The notes beneath the pieces are model-generated. The model was not told where the DNA came from and did not search any database. It was given only the letters and a program-made list of their open reading frames with translations. Shown here piece by piece: positions 1 through 7,959 of a stretch of 64,000 bases of DNA. Within the stretch, counting starts at the first letter, position 1; every line of letters starts with the position of its first letter. The stretch is from Minisyncoccia bacterium (GTDB lineage Bacteria; Patescibacteriota; Minisyncoccia; Phycocordibacterales; GWA1-40-21). The translations under genes and the position numbers were made by a program. Location: the NCBI GenBank assembly GCA_049695975.1, contig JBAVTE010000012.1, positions 7,665 through 71,664 on the forward strand. Reading direction: 5' to 3'.

Positions 1-934
1 TTTAGCTCTCAAGTGGGCAGCCAAAGAAATGGATCGCAGATACGATGTACTCGAAGGAAAAGCCGTAAAAGATATAGACTCCTATCACAAAAATATTCTT
101 GCGCCTGAATTAAAGAAAATTAATGAACTTCAGGAAAACAAAAAATTCAATCCTGAAATACATAAAATTCCAGAAACAATGCCTTATATAGTGGTCGTTG
201 TCGACGAACTTGCCGATATTATGATGTCGTATCCAAGAGAACTTGAAAGCGCTATAGTTCGACTCGCACAAATGAGTCGTGCAGTTGGGATCCATCTTAT
301 TCTTTCTACCCAGAGACCTTCTGTGAATGTCATTACAGGTCTTATCAAAGCAAACATTCCTGCAAGAATTGCCCTACAAGTTGTTTCTCAGATAGATTCT
401 CGAACAATTCTCGACACAATGGGGGCAGAAAAGCTTCTAGGGGCTGGAGATATGCTTTATCTCGGTGGCGAAATGTCAAAACCTGTCAGAATTCAGTCCG
501 CATTTGTCACAGAAAATGAAGTGAAGGCAGTTACAAAATATCTTTCAACTACTTATCAAGATGAATTACCAGAAATTATTTCTTTAACAGAAACAGCCAA
601 CGAAAAAGGAGATATTTTTGATGCAACGATTGAAGATGATGAAGATGAAGATGATGATACTCTATATGAAGAAGCCAAAGATATAGTTCAAAAAGCAGGT
701 AAAGGTTCGACCTCTTATTTACAAAGAAAACTTCGGGTAGGATATGCAAGAGCTGCACGACTGATGGATATGCTTGAAGAAAGAGGTGTTATTGGACCAG
801 CTGATGGAGCAAGACCAAGAGAAGTAATAGGTGCAGTCGGTACAACAGATACAGATATTGATGTTGATGCAGAAAATGTTGAAAAGATAGATGACAAAGA
901 AGAAAATCCAAGTGATTTAGAAAAATTATTATAA
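1..934 (+). CDS. ftsK: DNA translocase FtsK/SpoIIIE, C-terminal part (5' end lies outside the window)
   Basis: Frame is open from nt 2. WAAKEMDRRY, the VVVVDELADIMM Walker B region, LILSTQRPSVNVITG and a C-terminal winged-helix gamma domain (YLQRKLRVGYARAARLMDMLEERGVI) are present. Confidence 0.85.
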   Translation, partial: LALKWAAKEMDRRYDVLEGKAVKDIDSYHKNILAPELKKINELQENKKFNPEIHKIPETMPYIVVVVDELADIMMSYPRELESAIVRLAQMSRAVGIHLILSTQRPSVNVITGLIKANIPARIALQVVSQIDSRTILDTMGAEKLLGAGDMLYLGGEMSKPVRIQSAFVTENEVKAVTKYLSTTYQDELPEIISLTETANEKGDIFDATIEDDEDEDDDTLYEEAKDIVQKAGKGSTSYLQRKLRVGYARAARLMDMLEERGVIGPADGARPREVIGAVGTTDTDIDVDAENVEKIDDKEENPSDLEKLL

Positions 935-937
935 AAT

Positions 938-1285
938 ATGAGAGATAGAACAATAAAATGTTTTAAAATAGGAATTATTTCAATATGTGCTTTTTTTATA
1001 CTAGGATATTCTCTGTATGAAGTACAAAAAATAGTATCGGGACCAAAAATTTTGTTTACAAGTACTATGAATGGAGCCACTGTCTCCGAATCCCTGGTGA
1101 CTGTCGCTGGAAACGCAAAAAATATAACAAATATTAGTCTGAACGACAAAAAGATCTATGTTGATGAAAAAGGAAATTTTAGTGAACAAATTTTACTTTC
1201 CTATGGATATAATATTCTATCAATAAAAGCTGAGGATAGATTTGGAAAAAAAATAGATAAAACCTTAGAGATGATTTATAAGTAA
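938..1285 (+). CDS. hypothetical membrane-anchored protein (N-terminal TM helix)
   Basis: 115-aa ORF with a hydrophobic N-terminus, tightly following ftsK. I recognise no family. Confidence 0.35.
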   Translation: MRDRTIKCFKIGIISICAFFILGYSLYEVQKIVSGPKILFTSTMNGATVSESLVTVAGNAKNITNISLNDKKIYVDEKGNFSEQILLSYGYNILSIKAEDRFGKKIDKTLEMIYK

Positions 1286-1298
1286 AAGATAAAAAAAT

Positions 1299-1335
1299 AC
1301 CCCGTCTACCAATTGGTAGACGGGGTATTTTTTTG
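1299..1335. terminator. bidirectional rho-independent terminator
   Basis: Perfect 12-bp stem ACCCCGTCTACC/GGTAGACGGGGT around loop AATT. It is flanked by an A-run upstream and a T-run downstream, between convergent genes. Confidence 0.65.
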
Positions 1336-1338
1336 AGA

Positions 1339-1536
1339 CTATTCTCTAGATACTCCTGTAGCAGCTGGGCCTTTTTCACTCTGAACGACTTCAAAAGAAA
1401 CGGCATCGCCGACTCTGAGTTCATCAAAAGTAACACCAACGAGCTCTTTAGAATGGAAGAAAAGATCTTTTGCTTCACCTTCGCGAGCAATAAATCCAAA
1501 TCCTTTCTGAGTAAGAGTTTTGATTGTTCCTGTCAT
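1339..1536 (-). CDS. cold-shock protein (CspA family)
   Basis: 65 aa; GTIKTLTQKGFGFI...DLFFH RNP motifs of the cold-shock domain. Confidence 0.9.
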   Translation of the reverse strand: MTGTIKTLTQKGFGFIAREGEAKDLFFHSKELVGVTFDELRVGDAVSFEVVQSEKGPAATGVSRE

Positions 1537-1685
1537 GATATTGTTATATTTATTATTTTACTTGAAACTTCGACGATGTTCCTGTGTCTAAACACTGTGA
1601 ACTATAGTAACACAGTCTTCTATTATTACCTAATGGTAATAGAAGATAGACTTTTTAACATTTTTTGTATAGAATCAAGAACATT

Positions 1686-2252
1686 ATGGGAATATTAGAA
1701 TATAGCGAAGTCACAGAGAGAAAATATATTGTTTTTGAAGGGCAACCTTATGAGGTTATTTCGTCACATGTTTTTAGAAAACAGATGAGAAAGCCCGTAA
1801 ATGCTACAAAACTCCGAAATATGATCACTGGGAAAATTACCGAGATTTCTTTTCATCAATCAGAAAAAGTGAAAGAGGCAGATATAGAGATTAAAAATGC
1901 CAAGTTTTTGTATAAGACAAAAGGTGAATTTTGGTTTTGTGAACCAGAAGACCCAAGCAAGAGATTCAAACTTGAAGAAGCTATCATGGGTGATCAGTCT
2001 AGATTTATGAAAGCAAACTCTCTAATAGAAATTATGATTTTTGAAGAAAAGATTATTGGTACCAAACTACCGATAAAAGTGGAACTCAAAGTGACCGAGG
2101 CCCCGCCAGCAGTGAAAGGCGATACAGCAACAGGCGGTACAAAACAAATTACTCTTGAAACAGGAGCTGTCATAAACGCTCCCCTATTTGTAAATGAAGG
2201 AGATACCGTTAGTATAAATACTGTGACAGGAGAATATACGAGCAGAGTTTAA
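1686..2252 (+). CDS. efp: translation elongation factor P
   Basis: Full-length similarity to EF-P (GQPYEV..., KGDTATGGTKQITLETGAVINAPLFVNEGD). The ORF-track start at 1665 is a TTG; the ATG at 1686 gives the canonical N-terminus. Confidence 0.9.
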   Translation: MGILEYSEVTERKYIVFEGQPYEVISSHVFRKQMRKPVNATKLRNMITGKITEISFHQSEKVKEADIEIKNAKFLYKTKGEFWFCEPEDPSKRFKLEEAIMGDQSRFMKANSLIEIMIFEEKIIGTKLPIKVELKVTEAPPAVKGDTATGGTKQITLETGAVINAPLFVNEGDTVSINTVTGEYTSRV

Positions 2253-2401
2253 AAACGCAAGAAAAAAGGAAACCCTCCACAAAATACTTTTGCCCATCAC
2301 GAAAATTTTTTGCTAAAAATTTTCTCTGTCCGTCGCCAGTCGCGACTCCCAAGGATGTTCAAAAGTACTTTGTTACAAGTTTCCTTTTTTCTTGCGTTTT
2401 T
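2251..2401. repeat. family-B conserved stem-enclosed intergenic element, copy 1 (candidate composite bidirectional terminator or structured RNA)
   Basis: A perfect 23-nt inverted repeat (AAAAACGCAAGAAAAAAGGAAAC / GTTTCCTTTTTTCTTGCGTTTTT) encloses about 105 nt. It overlaps the efp stop on one side and the recA stop on the other. The core TTGCTAAAAATTTTCTCTGTCCGTCGCCAGTCGCGACTCCCAAGG recurs at 54745-54788. Confidence 0.5.
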
Positions 2402-3437
2402 AAATTTCCTTCAACTTCGCTTTGATTTCTTTCAAAATATCGTTTGCAATTTTTGTGTTATCACGGAGAAATTGGCGAGTAGCGTCGTAACCACGGCCTA
2501 GTTTTGTCTCACCATATTCATAGGAATTTCCAGATTTTTTGAGAATTCCCTGACTCTCTCCAAGGGCAATAATCTCCCCTTCCTTTGAAATGCCTTCGTT
2601 GTACATAAGATCAAATTCTGTCTGTTTGAAAGGAGCAGCCACTTTATTTTTGACAACCTTTACTCTGACACGACCACCCATTATTTCCTCGCCTTTCTTT
2701 ATTTGTGCAATTCTGCGAATATCTAGACGAACTGAAGTGTAAAACTTGAGTGCCTTTCCGCCGGGTGTCGTCTCTGGATTACCAAACATCACACCGATCT
2801 GCATTCTGATCTGGTTTATGAAAATAACTATTGTCTTGGACCTTGCAACTATAGCAGTAAGCTTTCTGAGTGCTTGTGACATAAGTCTAGCTTGCTTACC
2901 GACATGATATGCACCCATATCGCCTTCTATTTCATCCTTTGGAGTGAGAGCGGCTACGGAGTCGATGACAATCACATCCATTTTTCCAGATCTGACCAAG
3001 CTATCGACAATCTCAAGTCCTTGTTCACCTGTGTCTGGCTGAGAAATTAAAAGCTGATCTATTTTTACACCGATTTTCTTTGCATATTCCGGATCCATTG
3101 CGTGTTCTGCGTCTATGTAGGCACAAATACCTCCCTTTTTCTGTGCTTCAGCCACTACATGCAGAGCGAGGGTGGTCTTACCAGATGATTCTGGACCAAA
3201 GATCTCAACTATTCTGCCTCTTGGAAGACCACCGACGCCGAGTGCGGCATCTAGGCCAATAGAACCAGTCGAAATGGCGTCCACATCTACATGAGGTTTT
3301 TCTCCAAGCATCATTATGGACTCATCACCAAATTTTGCTTTAATTGCATTTAGAGTGTCCTCTATTTTCTGATCTTTTACATCCAGAGTATTTTTTACTT
3401 CTTTTTCCTTCACTTCCTTCCCAAATTTTTTCGCCAT
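2400..3437 (-). CDS. recA: recombinase RecA
   Basis: Walker [13 protein letters not shown] and the canonical RecA core (IDAEHA..., [10 protein letters not shown], loops L1/L2). Confidence 0.95.
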   Translation of the reverse strand: MAKKFGKEVKEKEVKNTLDVKDQKIEDTLNAIKAKFGDESIMMLGEKPHVDVDAISTGSIGLDAALGVGGLPRGRIVEIFGPESSGKTTLALHVVAEAQKKGGICAYIDAEHAMDPEYAKKIGVKIDQLLISQPDTGEQGLEIVDSLVRSGKMDVIVIDSVAALTPKDEIEGDMGAYHVGKQARLMSQALRKLTAIVARSKTIVIFINQIRMQIGVMFGNPETTPGGKALKFYTSVRLDIRRIAQIKKGEEIMGGRVRVKVVKNKVAAPFKQTEFDLMYNEGISKEGEIIALGESQGILKKSGNSYEYGETKLGRGYDATRQFLRDNTKIANDILKEIKAKLKEI

Positions 3438-3441
3438 TTTA

Positions 3442-3780
3442 TTATTTTGTTAAATTATTAATTTTTTTCCTATTTTTAATATTACCATAAATCCAGCCAA
3501 CTATAGATCCAAAAATAAAATATGTTATTGAACTAAATATAATTATCGCAACATATGCCCAAAAAGGTGATGATGTTAATATCAAGGATGGAGTGAATAA
3601 TAATCCTAAAATTAATCCAGGGAAAGAAACTGCAAGAGTAATAATTCTTTCCCCTCCTTGGAAAATTAGATTAGCTAAATAAGCAGTAAGAAACATCAAA
3701 ATCGATATCGAAAACCCAACGCCACCTCCTTTTTCCCAATATGGCCAATCTTTCCAAAATTTCATTTTATTCAAGATCAT
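3442..3780 (-). CDS. hypothetical small integral membrane protein
   Basis: 112 aa, several predicted TM segments; no family recognised. Confidence 0.35.
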   Translation of the reverse strand: MILNKMKFWKDWPYWEKGGGVGFSISILMFLTAYLANLIFQGGERIITLAVSFPGLILGLLFTPSLILTSSPFWAYVAIIIFSSITYFIFGSIVGWIYGNIKNRKKINNLTK

Positions 3781-3813
3781 TAATTAATAAATGTAGTAAT
3801 ATTCTATCATATA

Positions 3814-3977
3814 AAGAAAAAACAAGAAAATTTTATTAGGGGTGGCGATCCTGTTCCTTTTGAACTGACTTGGGAGGCTGACTGAGCCGAGCACGAGGAA
3901 TTTTTTAGCAAAAAAATATCCGTGCAGTTCAAAAGGAATGGGTCGACAGGACCCCGATAAATTTTCTAGTTTTTTCT
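3814..3977. repeat. family-A conserved stem-enclosed intergenic element, copy 1 (candidate composite terminator after rpsR, or structured RNA)
   Basis: An outer 19-bp imperfect stem (3814-3833 / 3959-3977) encloses a long internal hairpin and the core AGTTCAAAAGGAATGGGTCGACAGGACCCCGATAAATTTT. The core recurs at 55924-55963. A U-run follows on the minus strand. Confidence 0.5.
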
Positions 3978-3985
3978 GCCCTACT

Positions 3986-4192
3986 TTATCTTGAAACAAA
4001 AGGCATTAGTGCCATATATCTCGCTCTTTTTATAGCTTCAGAAAGTTGTCTTTGGCTTCTGGCGCAGACAGAGGTTTTCTTTTTGCCATTCATTCTGGCA
4101 TGAGGATTAACAAACTTCTTCAAGAGTTCTATATCTTTATAATCTACGTGCTTTATATTATTTTGTGAGAAAAAACATTGTTTATTTATCAT
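3986..4192 (-). CDS. rpsR: 30S ribosomal protein S18
   Basis: 68 aa; S18 motifs (KKFV..., CARSQRQLSEAIKRARYMALMPF); rpsF-ssb-rpsR gene order. Confidence 0.9.
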   Translation of the reverse strand: MINKQCFFSQNNIKHVDYKDIELLKKFVNPHARMNGKKKTSVCARSQRQLSEAIKRARYMALMPFVSR

Positions 4193-4203
4193 ATTATTTA
4201 AAA

Positions 4204-4665
4204 TTAAAACGGTATATCTTCTGGATTAATTTCTTCTGTTGGATAATCTATTGTATCCATTTTGTCTGCTTTTTTGTTGTCCTCTTCTGGTGCCTTCGCC
4301 GATACATTTGATTTTGGAGTGTATGTTCCCCCGCTTCCACTCGGTCTCGGACCAAACTGAACACGGTCCGCAATAATTTCCATTTTATAATTTTTCTTTC
4401 CATCGGTCTCCCAACTTCTTGTCTGCATTCTTCCTTCTACCAAAACATTACTACCTTTTTTCAAATATTGGCCCACGGTTTCAGCTTGTTTACCAAAAAC
4501 AACGACATTATGAAAATCAGCAGCTTCTTGTTTTGCACCATTTTTATCTTTCCAAACCCTATTTGTAGCGACAGAAAAAGATGCGACTTGAATTCCTGAA
4601 GGAAGAGCTCTCATTTCTGGATCTCTTGTCAAATTACCGACTACGAATGCTTTGTTTAAATACAT
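4204..4665 (-). CDS. ssb: single-stranded DNA-binding protein
   Basis: OB-fold SSB N-terminal domain, a Gly/Pro-rich linker and an acidic C-terminal DIPF tail. Confidence 0.9.
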   Translation of the reverse strand: MYLNKAFVVGNLTRDPEMRALPSGIQVASFSVATNRVWKDKNGAKQEAADFHNVVVFGKQAETVGQYLKKGSNVLVEGRMQTRSWETDGKKNYKMEIIADRVQFGPRPSGSGGTYTPKSNVSAKAPEEDNKKADKMDTIDYPTEEINPEDIPF

Positions 4666-4692
4666 TTTAAAAAATTATTTAATGATATATAA

Positions 4693-5229
4693 TTATACTC
4701 CTTCACTCACAAGATCGTCTATTGACTTGTCTATATCCTCAACAGAAGCTGGCTTGACCTCTGTCTTCTCCTTCTCTGCCTTCTCTGCCTTTTCTGCCTT
4801 TTCAGACTTTTCTAATTTAAATTTAACTTCCTTTGCAACAAAAGAAAGTGATTTAGGATAAAACATTGTATTTTCTCTCACTGTTTTGATCACAAGATAT
4901 CTAAGAACTGACTCATTTGATTTCATAAAAGAATCAATCTTTGTAATATCCCCTCCTTCTGTAAGTGCAAACTTTATAAAACCAAAATATGCTTTATCAA
5001 ACTTTTTGTATGTGCCACCAAAAGCTTTCTTGATAGTATAAGTAAGTGGTCGAAGTTTTGGATTTTCCTCAGAGATAATAACTGAATTTTCTTTAGCCAA
5101 AATCTCTTTGATTTTCTCTACTTCTCCTGGGACGTTTTCTTCTGCAATAGAAGAAATAAGGTGATAGCCCACCTCATATACTTTTTCGTCTATTTTCTTT
5201 GCAATTATTTCCTTCTTTTCCATAGCCAT
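4693..5229 (-). CDS. rpsF: 30S ribosomal protein S6 (with a Lys/Glu-rich C-terminal extension)
   Basis: N-terminal YEVGYHL... resembles S6 and sits upstream of ssb-rpsR. The ORF-track start at 5253 is probably too early; the MAMEKKE start at 5229 is more likely. Confidence 0.75.
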   Translation of the reverse strand: MAMEKKEIIAKKIDEKVYEVGYHLISSIAEENVPGEVEKIKEILAKENSVIISEENPKLRPLTYTIKKAFGGTYKKFDKAYFGFIKFALTEGGDITKIDSFMKSNESVLRYLVIKTVRENTMFYPKSLSFVAKEVKFKLEKSEKAEKAEKAEKEKTEVKPASVEDIDKSIDDLVSEGV

Positions 5230-5263
5230 AAATACTAGCACAGAGAAAACCAAAACGCAATAT

Positions 5264-6532
5264 CTAAAATTTTAGTATTTTTTCGAACATAGTTTTATCT
5301 TTAAATTTCCCCACAATAGACAAATTCAACTTTTTATCCACAAAAATTTCATTTGCTAGTTTTCTGATTTCTTCTGCCGTTACAGCTTTTATTTCTTTTA
5401 TTCTATCTTCTGGATTTCCTATCTTTTTCTTAAAAGCTTCTTGGAAACCATAAAATTCAGCAATAGAATCTGAAGATTCTAGACTAAGTTTCAAATTTCC
5501 TATAAGCATACTTTTTACTTTATCCAGCTCTTCTTTTGAAACTAATTCTTCCTTCAAGCGAGCAAACTCCTCGATAATTGCTTTTATTGCAATACCAATT
5601 CTTTTTGTGTCCACACCAGCTGATACTACAAAAACTCCGTGGTCCGTAGATGAATCTTGCCCTGCATGAACATAATAGCAGATACCAAGATCCTCTCTCA
5701 TTTTTGTAAAAAGTCTAGAAGACATTCCCCCGCCCAGAATTCCAGAAAGTAATCGTGCAACTGAAATGTTGTCCTTGTACATATCGAGAGACCGAACACC
5801 GAGAATGATATGTGTCTGATCTGTGTCTTTGAAATATAGACCGACTTGCGGTTTCTTTTGGGTTTCTTTAACCCCCTTCTTGCCATATTTTTTGGAAACA
5901 GAAATTTTAGAAAAAGATTTTTTTACCATATCAAAAGCTTTTTTCTCTTCTACATTTCCAGCTACTACCACAGTGGTCGCCTCAGCGACATAATGTTTCT
6001 TACGATAATCCACAAAATCAGATCTTTTCATCTTTAAAATATTTTCTTTTAGACCTGCTATAGACCACCCTGCTGGCACATCTCCATAAAGAAGCTTACT
6101 AAACTCTTCTTCCACAATTCTCTGAGGAAGATCCTTATACATATTTATTTCTTCCAGAATAACTCCTTTTTCTTTTTCCATTTCTTTTTCAGAAAAAGTG
6201 GAATTCTGATAGATATCAGAAACTACATCAAGTATTTTTTCGAAACTTGCATTGTCAGCTTTTGCAAAATATCCTGTATATTCTTGGCCAGTAAATGCAT
6301 TATAATGGGCACCAAGTTCGTCTAATTCAAAAGAAATTTCCTTGTGTGTAAGTCTTTTTTGAGTTCCCTTAAAACACATATGCTCTAGAAAATGAGAGAT
6401 GCCATTATTTTCTTTTTGTTCATATTTGGAGCCTGCTTCAACAAGTACCAAGACTGTTACAGTAGGATTTTCTTTCATCGGTACAACAACAATCCTAAGG
6501 CCGTTTGATAAAACTTTTTTTGTGTAATTCAT
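5264..6532 (-). CDS. M16 family zinc peptidase (insulinase-like)
   Basis: Inverted zinc-binding motif HFLEHMCFKGT (HxxEH); 422 aa, typical for M16. Confidence 0.85.
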   Translation of the reverse strand: MNYTKKVLSNGLRIVVVPMKENPTVTVLVLVEAGSKYEQKENNGISHFLEHMCFKGTQKRLTHKEISFELDELGAHYNAFTGQEYTGYFAKADNASFEKILDVVSDIYQNSTFSEKEMEKEKGVILEEINMYKDLPQRIVEEEFSKLLYGDVPAGWSIAGLKENILKMKRSDFVDYRKKHYVAEATTVVVAGNVEEKKAFDMVKKSFSKISVSKKYGKKGVKETQKKPQVGLYFKDTDQTHIILGVRSLDMYKDNISVARLLSGILGGGMSSRLFTKMREDLGICYYVHAGQDSSTDHGVFVVSAGVDTKRIGIAIKAIIEEFARLKEELVSKEELDKVKSMLIGNLKLSLESSDSIAEFYGFQEAFKKKIGNPEDRIKEIKAVTAEEIRKLANEIFVDKKLNLSIVGKFKDKTMFEKILKF

Positions 6533-6559
6533 CTTTGTATCATATTAGAAAAATGATGA

Positions 6560-6604
6560 AAAGAAAAGGGGCACGCGCATCAGATGCGCGGGCCCCTTTT
6601 CTTT
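6560..6604 (-). terminator. rho-independent terminator downstream of glyQS
   Basis: GC-rich 14-nt inverted repeat GGGGCACGCGCATC / GATGCGCGGGCCCC (one mismatch, about 12 pairs form) flanked by A/T runs. Confidence 0.65.
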
Positions 6605-6607
6605 GAT

Positions 6608-7936
6608 TTACATTAATTTCTCTTGTAAAAAATTTACGAGCTCTTCTATTTTTATCCTTTCCTGCTTTCCAGAATCCCTATCACGCACCGTGACGGTATT
6701 GTCTTTCTCAATAGTATCAAAATCCACAGTCACACAAAATGGCGTCCCGATTTCATCTTGTCTTCTGTATCTTTTACCAATATTTCCGTTATCGTCAAAC
6801 ATCACAGCTCCAAATTTCTTTTTCAAATCTTCATACACTTCTCTCGCTTTTTCCACAAGAGTAGGCTTATTTTTCAAAAGTGGAAATACAGCAATTTTTA
6901 TTGGTGCTATTCCTGGGACAAACTTGAGATAAGTTCGCACTTCGCCCCCCATCTCATCTTCTGTATATGCATCCGATAAAATGGCAAGAACCGTTCTGTC
7001 TACACCAAAAGATGGCTCCACACAATGTGGAATAATTTTTGTTTTTGTCTCTTCATCTAAATATTCCAAATTCACGCCACTCGACTCCATATGCCTACCG
7101 AGATCATAGTCCGTTCTATAAGCTAAACCGTAAAGCTCATTTCTACCAAAAGGAAATTCGAATTCAAAATCAATCGTTCTCTTTGAATAAAAAGCTCTGT
7201 CAGCATCAGGAATCTCGTGTTCATAGACATGTTCTTTCTTCAACCCAATTTCTTTTGTAAAATCCAACATTTCTTTTCTGAAATCTTCAAAAACTTTTTC
7301 CCAACCATCTGGTTTTATCAAGTATTCAATTTCCATTTGTTCAAACTCTCGTGTTCTAAACAAAAAATCTCTTGGAGCAATTTCATTTCGGAAAGCCTTG
7401 CCTATCTGTGCCATACCAAAGGGAAGCTTGGGATGATATGAATCAATAATATTTTTATAATTTACAAACATTCCCTGTGCTGTCTCTGGGCGAAGATAAG
7501 AAATAGAATTTTCATCTTCGATGGCACCCACTGAAGTTTTAAAAAGCATATTAAACTGTCTTTCCTCCCCCATTTCGCCACCACAATCAGGACATTTGAG
7601 AGGATTTTCAAGTTGATCACTTCTGAATCTTTTCTTGCACTTTTTGCACTCTGTAAGTGGATCAGAAAAACCACCGACGTGGCCTGTAGCTTTCCACACA
7701 TTTTGATTCATAAGGATAGTGGCATCTACTCCATACATATCTTCCCTATCCGTGACAAACTTCTTCCACCAAAAATTTTTAACGTTATTTTTGAGAGCTA
7801 GTCCAAGTGGCCCATAATCCCAAGTACCCGCAAGCCCTCCATAAATCTCAGACCCTTGATAAACAAAGCCCCTTCTCTTACAGAGAGAAATTATTTTTTC
7901 CATCAATTCGTTACTTTCTTTTTTTATTTTTGTCAT
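6608..7936 (-). CDS. glyQS: glycine--tRNA ligase (alpha2 dimeric type)
   Basis: 442 aa; class II aaRS motifs and N-terminal FVYQGSEIYGGLAGTWDYGPLG typical of GlyQS. Confidence 0.9.
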   Translation of the reverse strand: MTKIKKESNELMEKIISLCKRRGFVYQGSEIYGGLAGTWDYGPLGLALKNNVKNFWWKKFVTDREDMYGVDATILMNQNVWKATGHVGGFSDPLTECKKCKKRFRSDQLENPLKCPDCGGEMGEERQFNMLFKTSVGAIEDENSISYLRPETAQGMFVNYKNIIDSYHPKLPFGMAQIGKAFRNEIAPRDFLFRTREFEQMEIEYLIKPDGWEKVFEDFRKEMLDFTKEIGLKKEHVYEHEIPDADRAFYSKRTIDFEFEFPFGRNELYGLAYRTDYDLGRHMESSGVNLEYLDEETKTKIIPHCVEPSFGVDRTVLAILSDAYTEDEMGGEVRTYLKFVPGIAPIKIAVFPLLKNKPTLVEKAREVYEDLKKKFGAVMFDDNGNIGKRYRRQDEIGTPFCVTVDFDTIEKDNTVTVRDRDSGKQERIKIEELVNFLQEKLM

Positions 7937-7959
7937 ATGACTATTTAATCATAAAAAAA

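Noticed and set aside
2310-2354. Family-B core on the minus strand reads GUCGCGACUGGCGAC, reminiscent of the ZTP (pfl) riboswitch UCGUGACUGGCG motif; folD and glyA are also in the window
   Set aside because: The motif forms a simple 5-bp hairpin with compensatory changes between copies rather than the ZTP P1/pseudoknot. No CCGCCUGGGCA 3' element is present. The copies sit at the 3' ends of recA/efp and tig, not upstream of folate or purine genes.
3840-3960. Long imperfect hairpin in family-A copy 1 considered as bacterial SRP (4.5S) RNA or tmRNA
   Set aside because: There is no AGGUCCGGAAGGAAGCAGCC-type domain IV motif, no GGAA tetraloop context, and no tRNA-like 3' CCA-proximal T-arm. The second copy contains only the 40-nt core, which is incompatible with a single-copy housekeeping RNA.
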